From Parcubacteria group bacterium GW2011_GWA1_56_13 (lineage in GTDB: Bacteria; Patescibacteriota; Minisyncoccia; Phycocordibacterales; Phycocordibacteraceae), in assembly GCA_001004905.1 (NCBI GenBank), contig LCRY01000002.1, positions 199,251-263,250 on the forward strand: a stretch of 64,000 bases of DNA, given 5' to 3'. Made by a program: the position numbers and the translations under genes. Numbering within the stretch: position 1 is the stretch's first letter; each line of letters opens with the position of its first letter. The notes beneath the pieces were generated by a model, which worked only from the letters and a program-made list of their open reading frames with translations, was not told where the DNA came from and made no database searches. This document shows positions 17,984-27,886 of this stretch, piece after piece.

Positions 17984-18535
17984 ATGGTCTACGACTTCTC
18001 GAAGCTCAAGGCGAACATCAAAGAGACGGAAGAGTGGCTTGCGCGCGAACTTGCGGGAGTCCGCACAGGCCGCGCGACCCCGACCCTGCTTGACGGCGTA
18101 AAGCCGGAAGCGTACGGCACTCGGACGCCGCTTCGCGAACTCGGTTCCGTATCGGTAGAAGACGCACGGACGCTCCGCGTCATTCCGTGGGACAAGGGGC
18201 TTCTCAAGGCGATAGAGAAGGGAATTACCGACGCCGACCTCGGCGTCGGCGTTTCAACCGATGATCAGGGGCTCCGCGTATCATTTCCAGAACTCACCAG
18301 TGAGCGCCGTTCGCAACTTTCGAAGATCGCCGGCGATAAGACCGAGCAGGCGAAAGTGACGCTGCGCTCGCATCGCACCGACGCACTCAAGGCGCTTGAG
18401 GCGGCGGAAAAGGCGGGCGGCATGGGCGAAGACGAAGTAAAGCGCTTGAAAGTGGAGATACAGAAGCTCGTTGATGCCGGCAATGATGCTCTCGCGACTA
18501 TCCTCGCGAGAAAAGAGGGCGAGATAGCGCAATAA
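17984..18535 (+). CDS. frr: ribosome recycling factor
   Basis: RTGRATP.LLD, PELTSERR. Confidence 0.95.
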   Translation: MVYDFSKLKANIKETEEWLARELAGVRTGRATPTLLDGVKPEAYGTRTPLRELGSVSVEDARTLRVIPWDKGLLKAIEKGITDADLGVGVSTDDQGLRVSFPELTSERRSQLSKIAGDKTEQAKVTLRSHRTDALKALEAAEKAGGMGEDEVKRLKVEIQKLVDAGNDALATILARKEGEIAQ

Positions 18536-18538
18536 ATA

Positions 18539-19642
18539 ATGAGCATAATCATTTTCATTATAGTTATCGTTGCACTTATTGTGGTGCACGAATTCGGGCA
18601 TTTCGTCGCCGCAAAGCTCTCGGGAATGCGCGTGGATGAGTTCGGACTTGGCTATCCGCCGCGCGCGATGACGATCGCGAAGGTGGGGGAAACGGTCTAC
18701 ACGCTGAATTGGCTGCCGTTCGGGGGTTTCGTAAAGATACTCGGGGAAGATGACAGCCGCCCTTCCGAGACGGACCCGCGCGCCTTTCCGTCCCGCCCGC
18801 GCATTTTACAGGCGTTCGTGCTTATCGCGGGAATCGCGATGAACATGTTCTTCGCCTATGTCCTCATCACGGGCGCGCTCGCCATAGGAACGCCGCGAGC
18901 CCTCTCACAGGACGAGATACCGAATGCCCGCGCCGCGCAGCTCATTGTGGCGAACGTGCTTCCCGGGAGTCCGGCGGCGCGCGCGGGGCTGTCCGCAGGC
19001 GACGTCATCATTTCCGCCGAGGACGGCCATTTTGTTTTTTCCGGGGTAGACCCGGCCGCATTTACCGAATTCGTCGCGAACGGGGGCGGGAATGCGACCA
19101 TCGCGCTTTCCGTTCGGCACGCAGGCAATGAGGAAAAAACAATATTCATTCGGCCCGAGACGGGCGTCATCGCCGCTGATCCGTCCCGTTCGGCACTTGG
19201 TGTCGAAGTGGCACCGGTGGGCGTCGTGCCGCTTTCATTCGGTTCGGCTTTGGTAGAGGGGGCCCGGCTCACGTGGGGCGTGACCACTTTGACTGCCGTG
19301 GGACTTTGGCACTTTTTCTCCGGGGTATTCACCTTTTCTGCCGATCTCTCGCAAGTCGCCGGACCTGTCGGCATTGCCGGCGTGGTCGGCACCGCTTCGG
19401 TGCAGGGCCTCGGATACCTTTTCTCCATTATGGCCATCATTTCCATCAACCTGGCGCTTATCAATCTCATTCCCGTTCCCGCGCTCGACGGCGGTCGGCT
19501 CCTGTTCGTCATCATCGAGAGCATCATTCGCCGACCGATCAAAGCTGGGGTCGCCCGCACGCTGAATGCCGTCGGGTTCGTCTTTCTCGTACTTCTCATG
19601 GTAGTCGTCACCGCCCACGATATTTTCAGAATAGTCGGCTGA
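18539..19642 (+). CDS. rseP: RIP metalloprotease RseP (M50, PDZ)
   Basis: HEFGH, PFGGFV, NLIPVPALDGG. Confidence 0.93.
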   Translation: MSIIIFIIVIVALIVVHEFGHFVAAKLSGMRVDEFGLGYPPRAMTIAKVGETVYTLNWLPFGGFVKILGEDDSRPSETDPRAFPSRPRILQAFVLIAGIAMNMFFAYVLITGALAIGTPRALSQDEIPNARAAQLIVANVLPGSPAARAGLSAGDVIISAEDGHFVFSGVDPAAFTEFVANGGGNATIALSVRHAGNEEKTIFIRPETGVIAADPSRSALGVEVAPVGVVPLSFGSALVEGARLTWGVTTLTAVGLWHFFSGVFTFSADLSQVAGPVGIAGVVGTASVQGLGYLFSIMAIISINLALINLIPVPALDGGRLLFVIIESIIRRPIKAGVARTLNAVGFVFLVLLMVVVTAHDIFRIVG

Positions 19643-19720
19643 TGGAGCGGGGAAACATTTACCGGAAGGGAAAAACGTGGTATATTCTTGAGCGGCGTTC
19701 CTTACAGAAAGGGGTGTGTC

Positions 19721-20068
19721 ATGAAAACGGTCAGTTCCGGATACGGGAATTTCGGTGACATCAGACAGGCCAGTGAGGAGGCCGAGAAAGAAAAACGCTT
19801 TCGGTATCTCGTCTTCACCGAAAGCGGCGGCGTTCGCGGCATGATTGGCGGCACTTGGGATTACGAGATCCGCGGTACGAACGTTTTTAAAGAACTGCTC
19901 CGGCCGTCCATTCTCAGGCAGAAGAACGAAATCTTCGACACGAAGACGGGCAAGCCAATTAAAAAGGAGCGGCTCGTCAAAGAGTACCTCAGATTCCTCA
20001 ACAGGAATGAGAAGCGCATGCTAGCCGACGAGGCGCTCATCGCGTTCTTTACCAGGCAAGTTGCCTGA
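19721..20068 (+). CDS. hypothetical protein
   Basis: Promoter TTTACC-17-TATATT (19658-19686), SD-like AGGGG. Confidence 0.6.
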   Translation: MKTVSSGYGNFGDIRQASEEAEKEKRFRYLVFTESGGVRGMIGGTWDYEIRGTNVFKELLRPSILRQKNEIFDTKTGKPIKKERLVKEYLRFLNRNEKRMLADEALIAFFTRQVA

Positions 20069-20123
20069 TCCGCCCACCGAAGGCCCCGTGCTTTCCGTGG
20101 GTTTTCGTTTTATACTATCGCCC

Positions 20124-21365
20124 ATGAAGCAGTCGCATCTCTTCACCAGGACCCGGCGCGAGGCGCCTGCGGATGAGGTGGCGAAGAACGCGCAACTCCT
20201 AGTGCGGGCCGGCTATATCCATAAAGAAATGGCGGGCGTCTACTCTTACCTGCCTTTGGGACTGCGTACCCTCAACAACATCATCCGCATCATCCGCGAA
20301 GAAATGAACGCCATCGGCGGGCAGGAGATAGTGATGACCGCGCTCCAGGACAAGGCGCTCTGGGAGCGCACCGACCGTTGGGACGACGCCAAGGTGGACA
20401 ACTGGTTCAAGACCAAGCTCGCCGTCGGCGGCGACACGGGCCTCGCGATAACGCACGAGGAACCATTGACGCGCATCATGGCCGCACACATCTCCTCGTA
20501 TCGCGACCTGCCGGCGATGGTCTATCAATTCCAGAACAAGTTCCGCAACGAATTGCGCGCCAAGTCCGGCGTGATGCGCGGGAAGGAGTTCATGATGAAG
20601 GACCTCTACTCGTTCGCAAAGAGTTCCGAGGAGCACGAAGCACAGTACGCGGCCACGCGCGCCGCGTATATCAAGGTCTTCAAGCGCTTCGGCCTCGCGA
20701 AGCGCACGTATCCGACCTTCGCCTCGGGCGGAGTGTTCGCCGATTTTTCCGAAGAATTCCAGACGGTCTCGGAGGCGGGTGAAGATACGATCTATGTGGA
20801 CGAAGAGAAACACGTCGCGGTCAATAAAGAGGTGCTCACCGACGAAGCGCTCGCCAAGCTCGGTCTTGACCGCGCGCGGCTCGTGGAGAAGAAGGCGATA
20901 GAGTCGGGGAACATCTTTCATCTCGGTACGCGCTTCTCCGAAGCGCTCGGGCTCGCTTTCACCGCTGAAGACGGTACGAAGAAACCGGTCATCATGGGAA
21001 GCTACGGTATCGGCGTCACGCGTATGGTGGGCATCCTCACCGAGGTCTTTGCGGACGAAAAAGGGCTCGTGTGGCCGGCCGAAGTCGCGCCGTTCGCGAT
21101 GCACATCGTATCTCTCGGGAAGAAAGGAGACGAGATTTCCAAGACCGCGGATGCGCTGTACGAAGACCTCGTGAAAGCGGGCGTTGAGGTCTTGTACGAC
21201 GACCGCGAGCTTCGCGCCGGCGAGAAGTTCGCGGACAGCGATCTGCTCGGCATTCCGAGACGTATCGTGGTCGGCAAAGACGCCGTCGCGACGGGCGATT
21301 TCGAGGTGGTAGAGCGAGTGACGGGAGAGGTCGCGAAAATTCCGCGCGCGGAGCTTTTTTCATAA
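20124..21365 (+). CDS. proS: proline--tRNA ligase (short form lacking the INS editing domain)
   Basis: THEE, SYRDLP, KFRNELR, GVMRGKEF.MKDLYSF, MGSYGIG. Confidence 0.95.
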   Translation: MKQSHLFTRTRREAPADEVAKNAQLLVRAGYIHKEMAGVYSYLPLGLRTLNNIIRIIREEMNAIGGQEIVMTALQDKALWERTDRWDDAKVDNWFKTKLAVGGDTGLAITHEEPLTRIMAAHISSYRDLPAMVYQFQNKFRNELRAKSGVMRGKEFMMKDLYSFAKSSEEHEAQYAATRAAYIKVFKRFGLAKRTYPTFASGGVFADFSEEFQTVSEAGEDTIYVDEEKHVAVNKEVLTDEALAKLGLDRARLVEKKAIESGNIFHLGTRFSEALGLAFTAEDGTKKPVIMGSYGIGVTRMVGILTEVFADEKGLVWPAEVAPFAMHIVSLGKKGDEISKTADALYEDLVKAGVEVLYDDRELRAGEKFADSDLLGIPRRIVVGKDAVATGDFEVVERVTGEVAKIPRAELFS

Positions 21366-21366
21366 C

Positions 21367-22419
21367 ATGCCGAGATTCTCAAAAAGCTCCCTGTTCAGCA
21401 GTGATATCGCGATAGATCTCGGCACGACCAACACACTTGTCTACGTGCGCGGCCGCGGCGTCGTCATCAACGAGCCGTCGGTAGTTGCAGTGAACGACAA
21501 GACGCATCAGATGGTTGCCGTGGGAAGGGAAGCGAAGTCCATGCTCGGCAAGACGCCCGGGCATATCCGCGTCGTGCGCCCGCTCGCGCACGGCGTCATT
21601 TCCGACTTTGAGGTGACCGAAGAACTCCTCACGTACCTCATCAACAAAGCGCAGGGCGGCCGTGTCCGGCTCTTCGGGCCACGCGTCGTTATCGGAGTGC
21701 CGACCGGCGTGACCAACGTGCAGAGCCGCGCGGTGCGGGACGCGGCCAAAAACGCCGGCGCCCGCGAAGCCATCATCCTCGAGGAGCCGGTTGCGGGCGC
21801 CATCGGCGCGAAATTGCCGGTCTCGGAAGCGGTCGGGACGATGGTCCTCGATATCGGAGGCGGAACGACCGACATCGCGGTCATCTCGCTTAAGGGAATG
21901 GTCGCTTCCAGGAGTTCGCATGTCGCCGGAGACCGGTTCAATGAAAATATTATCGATTTTGTGCGAAGCGAGTTCAAGCTCGGCATCGGCGAGCGTACCG
22001 CCGAAGACGTCAAGATAGCCATCGGAACAGTCGTGCCGCTGCCAGAAACGCTTTCCCGAAGCGTGCGCGGCCGCGATTACGCGACGGGACTTCCGCGCGA
22101 GATAGTGCTCACCGATGCCCATATCCGCGAAGCCATTACCCCTTCTCTTGATGCGCTCATGGATGCCATGAAGGAAGTTATCGAAGTGACTCCGCCCGAA
22201 CTCCTTTCCGACATACTTCAACAGGGCGTAACCGTTTTTGGCGGCGGAGCGTTGCTTCGCGGCCTGCCGCAGATACTTGCAAAGATGCTCGGCGTGCCGG
22301 TGCGGGTCGCGGCCGATCCGCTTTCGGCGGTCGTGCGGGGAGCGGGCATTGTGACCGAAGACCCCGGGTCATACGAGGATTTCTTTATCGATGAGGAGGA
22401 CATTCTTAGCGAAGCGTAA
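21367..22419 (+). CDS. mreB: rod shape-determining protein MreB (paralogue 2, in the mreBCD-mrdA operon)
   Basis: IDLGTTN, EPSVVA, GVISDF, DIGGGTTD. Confidence 0.93.
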   Translation: MPRFSKSSLFSSDIAIDLGTTNTLVYVRGRGVVINEPSVVAVNDKTHQMVAVGREAKSMLGKTPGHIRVVRPLAHGVISDFEVTEELLTYLINKAQGGRVRLFGPRVVIGVPTGVTNVQSRAVRDAAKNAGAREAIILEEPVAGAIGAKLPVSEAVGTMVLDIGGGTTDIAVISLKGMVASRSSHVAGDRFNENIIDFVRSEFKLGIGERTAEDVKIAIGTVVPLPETLSRSVRGRDYATGLPREIVLTDAHIREAITPSLDALMDAMKEVIEVTPPELLSDILQQGVTVFGGGALLRGLPQILAKMLGVPVRVAADPLSAVVRGAGIVTEDPGSYEDFFIDEEDILSEA

Positions 22420-23166
22420 CGCGCTCCTGTCGTCCACGAACATATCGTGGGGAGCGCTTGCGCTCGTGCTTGCCTTGTTCCTGCTCTGTCTACGACTCGT
22501 CGCTCCGAACCTTTTTTGGTCCGCACTTGCACCGGTATTCCGCCTGTCGGATGCAGTTGCGGCGAGAAGTCATGTATTTTTCAGCAGTTTCGGCAATGCG
22601 GCAGCTCTTGCGTTGCAGAACGAAACCCTACGGAACACCAATGCCGCGCTTGCACTCCAAAACCAGGCCTTGCTTCAGAAAATAGATGGTATTTCGGGCC
22701 TGCAGGAAGAGCATACGGGTATTATCGCCGGGATTACCGCCCGTCCCCCCGCGAGCCCATACGATACTCTCGTACTTGCCGCCGGTTCCGCAGATGGCGT
22801 TCAGAACGGCATGGAAGTATTTGCGGCGGACGGGCGACGCTTTTTTCATCACCGGGAATGTCTGTAAGCGGTTGGGTGGGGCGTGCTCATCTGCCACTTG
22901 CGATCAAAGGCGCGGGTGCGGGCGCCATGAACGCTTCTGTTCCGCGGTCTGCCGGCATTGCCGCGGGCGACATCGTGTTTGCGCCCGGCCCCGGAATGCT
23001 TCCGATCGGGACGGTGGTACGCATTGACAGCGAGCCCTCATCCCGTTCGATCATCCTGCGCATTCTGCCGGCCCAGAACCCCTTTTCGATCGGCTGGGTC
23101 CTCATACGCGATACAGGAACGTCTTTTCGCGCCGCCGTTTCCTCGACCACGCCGTTCATGCCATGA
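22391..23166 (+). pseudogene. mreC: rod shape-determining protein MreC split by a frameshift near 22834
   Basis: TM + coiled coil + RPPASPYDTLVL..G..DGV..G in one frame; TLFSSPG...G.G.G...GD.V...PIG.V in another; sits after mreB. Confidence 0.8.
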
Positions 23167-23417
23167 TGTCTGGAATACTTACGTTACTCGCCTTTGTCTC
23201 CACGATATTTTTCCCGTGGTCGTTTACTGCCGCTCTCGCGATCGCTGTCGCGCTTTTTGAGCCTTTGGTGCCGCTTGCAGTCGGACTTTTCGCTGACACT
23301 CTGTATTACGTACCGCATGCGGGAACGCTTCCTGTCTTTACTTTATATGGAGCTGTGGCGACCATGTTGGCATTCTTCGTGCGAAACCGGCTCAATGCGA
23401 GTATTATCGGAAGATGA
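23163..23417 (+). CDS. small membrane protein in the MreD position
   Basis: Three TM segments, GLFADTLY, between mreC and mrdA. Confidence 0.6.
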   Translation: MMSGILTLLAFVSTIFFPWSFTAALAIAVALFEPLVPLAVGLFADTLYYVPHAGTLPVFTLYGAVATMLAFFVRNRLNASIIGR

Positions 23418-25087
23418 TGCAGCGTCGGCGCATTCGGCGGCGGGATCCGGAAATCGCCCCCGATGAAATATTCCTTGACTCATCGAACGCGCCAGCGTTC
23501 GATCGCGCACGTTTCGAAGGACGGCTCGAAAAACCTCTTTCGCACAATACATTTTCATATCTCGCGGCCGCGCTTGCCCTCGTCTTTCTGGTCCTTGTCA
23601 CTCGCGCCTGGAATCTTCAGGTTACCCGGGGAGCCGAATTCGCCGCCGAAAGTGCGCATAACAGCTTGAACGTTACGACGTTGTTCGCCCCGCGTGGCAT
23701 CATTACGGACAGACGAGGCGTCATCCTTGCGGAGAACGGTGAGAAGGAAGACGGCAGCGTAGAACGCAAGTATCTGCTGCCCGCGCTTGGCCAGATCATC
23801 GGGTACGTGTCGTATCCAAAGAAGGACGCGAAAGGGATCTATTACGATACGAGCGAAACAGGCATTGCCGGCCTGGAAGCCCAGTACGACAAGCTCCTTT
23901 CCGGCAAGAATGGCCAGGTGCTCACCGAGACGGATGCTCTTGGTCGCGTGCGCTCCGAAGGCACGATCGTGAAAGCCGAGGAAGGGAAGCCATTGCATCT
24001 TTCCATCGACGCGGACCTGGAGCGGCTCTTTGCGCGCGCGATCAGGAACACCGCGAACGCGCACGGTTTTATCGCCGGCGCCGGCGTCATCATGGACGTG
24101 CACACCGGAGCGATCCACGCCATTGTTTCGTATCCGAGCTACGACCCAAATGTTATGGCGAGTGGCGGACCCGCGAGTACCATTGATTCGTATAATGCGG
24201 ATCCAGGGCGACCCTTTCTCGATCATGCCGTGCAGGGCGTCTACACTCCCGGTTCCATCGTGAAGCCCTTCATCGCTTCCGGTGCGCTTACCGACGGCAT
24301 CATCACGTCCGACACGCGTATCGATGACAACGGATTCATTTCGCTGCCGGATCCGTATCATCCGGGGAAATCATTCATCTACAAGGGATGGAAGGCGCTC
24401 GGTCCGGTGGATGTAAAAAGGGCGATCGCATGGTCATCGGACATCTTTTTCTACGCGGTCGGCGGTGGCTTCATGGATCAAAAAGGTCTGGGTATCGATC
24501 GCCTCAATTACTGGTATCGGCAATTCGGGATGGGGAGCCCGACCCGCATAGCGCTTCCGGGGGAGGCGCAAGGACTCGTTCCCACCCCCGCTTGGAAGAA
24601 AGAGGTGTTCGGCGAACCGTGGTATCTCGGCGACACGTACTTCACAGCGATCGGACAGTATTCGGTGCAGGTGACGCCGATACAGGTGGTACGCGCGACG
24701 GCGGCGGTCGCAAACGGCGGGAAGCTCCTCACCCCGACCCTGCTCGTCGAAGATACGCCTTCCTACACCACGGTGCCCGTGAACGCCTCTGCGCTCGAGC
24801 TCGTACGCCAGGGCATGCGGCAAACCGTTACGACCGCGCTCGCAAACGCACTCAACCTTCCCTATGTGAGCGTCGCGGCGAAAACCGGCACCGCGCAGAC
24901 GGGCACGCGCAATCAATATGACAACTCGTGGGTGGAGGGATTTTTCCCCTACGACGACCCGCAGTATGCTTTTGCCGTCGTACTTGAACGGGGTCCCGAA
25001 GGCGCCGGCGGACAAGCGGTGAACGCCATGCGGGAATTATTCGATTCCCTATACGCCGAAAATTCCCCGTACGTCGGGGGCTTATGA
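23414..25087 (+). CDS. mrdA: penicillin-binding protein 2
   Basis: APRGII.DR.G, SIVK, SSD, KTGTAQ; in the mre operon. Confidence 0.9.
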   Translation: MMQRRRIRRRDPEIAPDEIFLDSSNAPAFDRARFEGRLEKPLSHNTFSYLAAALALVFLVLVTRAWNLQVTRGAEFAAESAHNSLNVTTLFAPRGIITDRRGVILAENGEKEDGSVERKYLLPALGQIIGYVSYPKKDAKGIYYDTSETGIAGLEAQYDKLLSGKNGQVLTETDALGRVRSEGTIVKAEEGKPLHLSIDADLERLFARAIRNTANAHGFIAGAGVIMDVHTGAIHAIVSYPSYDPNVMASGGPASTIDSYNADPGRPFLDHAVQGVYTPGSIVKPFIASGALTDGIITSDTRIDDNGFISLPDPYHPGKSFIYKGWKALGPVDVKRAIAWSSDIFFYAVGGGFMDQKGLGIDRLNYWYRQFGMGSPTRIALPGEAQGLVPTPAWKKEVFGEPWYLGDTYFTAIGQYSVQVTPIQVVRATAAVANGGKLLTPTLLVEDTPSYTTVPVNASALELVRQGMRQTVTTALANALNLPYVSVAAKTGTAQTGTRNQYDNSWVEGFFPYDDPQYAFAVVLERGPEGAGGQAVNAMRELFDSLYAENSPYVGGL

Positions 25088-25219
25088 GGACATAACCCCA
25101 TTTGGGTTTTATACTCATTTCATTCGTTAAAAATCTCGGCGGCGGCACGGGAGAAGACGGCGCAGAGGCGCCGTAGCGCTTGCACTTCGGCGGCGGGCGC
25201 GTACAATGCCCACACCCAT

Positions 25220-25693
25220 ATGACCGACGTACAGAACGCCGTTGTCTCGCAGGAAAAATTTGACGAGATGATAAAGGAATTGGAGCACCTTAAAACGGTG
25301 CGCCGCACGGAGATTGCCAAGAACCTCGAATATGCGAGGTCGCTCGGCGATCTGTCCGAGAACGCCGAGTATCAGGAGGCGCGCGACCTGCAGGCCGCGA
25401 CCGAGGAGCGCATCAAGAAGCTCGAGGAATTGGTGAAATACACAAAGATCGTCACGGATGGCAAGAAAAAGAACGAAGTCGGCTTCAATTCGAAAGTTTC
25501 CATAAAGAAGGAAGGCGTCAATGAGGTGCATGAGTACGTCATCGTCGGGAGCGAAGAGGCCGATATGCGCATGAAGAAGCTTTCCCACGTTTCGCCGCTC
25601 GGCTCCGCGCTCATGGGGAAGAAAAAAGGCGATGTATTCACCTTCGAGACCCCCGCGGGCAAGCAGACCTATACCATCGAGAAAGTGACGTAA
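25220..25693 (+). CDS. greA: transcription elongation factor GreA
   Basis: GDLSENAEY, SPLG.AL. Confidence 0.95.
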   Translation: MTDVQNAVVSQEKFDEMIKELEHLKTVRRTEIAKNLEYARSLGDLSENAEYQEARDLQAATEERIKKLEELVKYTKIVTDGKKKNEVGFNSKVSIKKEGVNEVHEYVIVGSEEADMRMKKLSHVSPLGSALMGKKKGDVFTFETPAGKQTYTIEKVT

Positions 25694-25717
25694 GAGATAA
25701 AATGGTACGATAAGTCC

Positions 25718-27283
25718 ATGCTGTGGGCAGATCGGATAGCCGGCGAGATCCGGGATACGCACACGCCGCGGGACGGTAAGACATTCCTCATCCGCGATGA
25801 GAAGACCCTTTCCGGCCGCGTGCACGTTGGGAGTATGCGCGGGGTCGCCGTTCATGGCATCATCGCGGAAATTCTGGGCGAGTACGGCATACCGAATGAA
25901 TACCGCTATGAACTGAACGATTTCGACCCGTTCGATTCGGTGCCCAGCTATCTTGACGCGGACATATTCCGGGAACACCTTGGGAAGCCGCTATACGCCG
26001 TCCCAAGTCCTGAACCGGGATTCGCGAACTACGCCGAATATTTCGGCGCCGAGTTCGCAGCCGTGCATAAAAACGCCGGCTTCGCACCGACATATTATCG
26101 CGCAACCGAGTACTACCGCTCGGGAAAGATGGATGCACTTGTGAAGATCGCGCTCGAGCGCGCGGCAGACGTCCGTCGGATACTAAAAGAGGTGTCCGGG
26201 TCCGAGAAAGACGAGTCGTGGCTTCCGGTTTCCGTCGTATGCGAGAACTGCGGAAAGATGATGACCACGCGCGCATACGAATACGACGGCGAGACAGTCG
26301 GTTATTCCTGCGATGGGAATCCGGACGGGGTGCAAAGCTGCGGACATACGGGGCGCGTCGCACCGTGGAAGGGTGCCGCAAAGCTTTTTTGGAAGGTTGA
26401 TTGGGCGGCGAAATGGATCGCAGTCGGCGTAGACGTCGAAGGCGGCGGCAAGGATCATTCGACGAAAGGCGGTTCACGCGACGTTGCCAATCACATCTGC
26501 CGGGAAGTGTTCGGTCAGGAACCGCCGTTCGACATACCGTATGAATTTTTTCTCGTGGGCGGAAAAAAAATGTCCTCCTCGAAAGGCCGCGGTTCGAGCG
26601 CGAAAGATATAAGCGACCTCTTCCCGCCGCAGATTTTCCGTCTCGCTCTCATCGGCAAGGATATCCGCGAGCAGGTCGATGTAGATCCGGCAGGAGAATC
26701 GGTCCCGCGGCTCTATGACTGGTACGACGAACTCGGGAATGGTGTGCGGGAAGGGAAGGCGGATGATTACTCGCGGCTCTTTGCCCTGTGCGAGCTCCCG
26801 GAGAATCGCGCGGCGCTTTCGGCTCCATGGCAGATGCGGTTCAGGGAAGTCGCGTTCATCGTGCAAATGCCCCATCTCTCGCTCATTGAAGAGGCCGCCA
26901 AAGTAAAAGGAAGCGTTCTTTCCGAAGACGAGTGGACCGCGCTCGATGAGCGCGCGCGATATGCGAAGTACTGGCTCACGACGTATGCACCGGAAGAATT
27001 TAAATACGAATTACAGGAAGAAATGCCCGACGTCGCCTTGTCGGATGCGCAGAAAAAAGCGCTTACCTCGCTTGCCGGATATTTAGAAGTCGAGCGTACG
27101 GGCGAAGAACTCCATGCCCGCCTGCACGAGATGAAAACCGAAGTGCCGATAGCGCCCAAAGACCTATTTCAGGCCTTGTACCGGATTTTCCTGAACCGTG
27201 ATTCGGGCCCGAAGGCCGGATGGTTTCTCGCCGGTCTTTCTCGCGATTTTGTCGTTGCGCGCTTGCACGAGGCGGCTTTGTAA
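25718..27283 (+). CDS. lysK: class I lysine--tRNA ligase
   Basis: MLWAD, SGRVHVGS (HIGH), KL.WKVDWAAKW, GKDH, KMSSSKG, GPK.G.F. Confidence 0.93.
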   Translation: MLWADRIAGEIRDTHTPRDGKTFLIRDEKTLSGRVHVGSMRGVAVHGIIAEILGEYGIPNEYRYELNDFDPFDSVPSYLDADIFREHLGKPLYAVPSPEPGFANYAEYFGAEFAAVHKNAGFAPTYYRATEYYRSGKMDALVKIALERAADVRRILKEVSGSEKDESWLPVSVVCENCGKMMTTRAYEYDGETVGYSCDGNPDGVQSCGHTGRVAPWKGAAKLFWKVDWAAKWIAVGVDVEGGGKDHSTKGGSRDVANHICREVFGQEPPFDIPYEFFLVGGKKMSSSKGRGSSAKDISDLFPPQIFRLALIGKDIREQVDVDPAGESVPRLYDWYDELGNGVREGKADDYSRLFALCELPENRAALSAPWQMRFREVAFIVQMPHLSLIEEAAKVKGSVLSEDEWTALDERARYAKYWLTTYAPEEFKYELQEEMPDVALSDAQKKALTSLAGYLEVERTGEELHARLHEMKTEVPIAPKDLFQALYRIFLNRDSGPKAGWFLAGLSRDFVVARLHEAAL

Positions 27284-27337
27284 CGGCACGACGGCCTTGC
27301 ACCCCATTTCCCGACCTCCTTTGAGGGGTCTTTCGAT

Positions 27338-27420
27338 GTGGGGATAACTTCACACAAAATATGGGAAGAAGTGGTATATACTTACCTACCAGTGGGAAGA
27401 AGTGGGGAATGGGAGTGGTG
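27338..27420 (+). promoter_or_regulatory. mraZ promoter with MraZ-box repeats
   Basis: TGGGAAGAAGTGG at 27362 and 27393 flanking TATACT 27377-27382; (G/A)TGG units at 10-nt period. Confidence 0.65.
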
Positions 27421-27453
27421 GCCCGTTCTCGTGTTCCGACCGCTACTTTTGTC

Positions 27454-27879
27454 ATGTTCATCGGAGAATACCTGCACACTCTCGACCCGAAGAATCGAAT
27501 CTCGCTTCCGGCAAAGTTCCGGAAAGATCTGGGCCGCGCCGTCATCATGACGCGCGGTCTTGATCGCTGTCTCTTCGTCTACCCGAAGGCGGCATGGCAA
27601 AGAGAAGCGGGAAGCCGTGCGGTGCATGCAGGCGGCACGTCGGCGGCGCGCGGGCTGGCGCGACTGTTCCTCGCCGGAGCGATGGAAGCGGAGGTCGATG
27701 CGGTCGGTCGCGTCCTCGTCCCGGACCATTTGAAGAGCTTTGCAGGATTGAAGAACAAGACGGTCATCGCTGGCGTCGCGAACCGTGTCGAGATATGGGA
27801 CGCTGCGGCGTGGAAGAAGTACACGGCCGCGATCGAACGTGATGCCGACGTGTTCGCGGAGAAGATCGGCGACCGTTGA
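27454..27879 (+). CDS. mraZ: division/cell wall cluster repressor MraZ
   Basis: MFIGEY.HTLD.KNR..LPAKFR, D..GR...P, RVEIWD. Confidence 0.95.
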   Translation: MFIGEYLHTLDPKNRISLPAKFRKDLGRAVIMTRGLDRCLFVYPKAAWQREAGSRAVHAGGTSAARGLARLFLAGAMEAEVDAVGRVLVPDHLKSFAGLKNKTVIAGVANRVEIWDAAAWKKYTAAIERDADVFAEKIGDR

Positions 27880-27886
27880 TATTGAT

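Noticed and set aside
25718-27283. Class I LysRS as a novel archaeal transfer
   Set aside because: Class I LysRS is already known in several bacterial groups, and its composition matches the host.
27338-27420. GTGG-rich repeats as a novel element
   Set aside because: Explained by known MraZ autoregulatory boxes upstream of mraZ.
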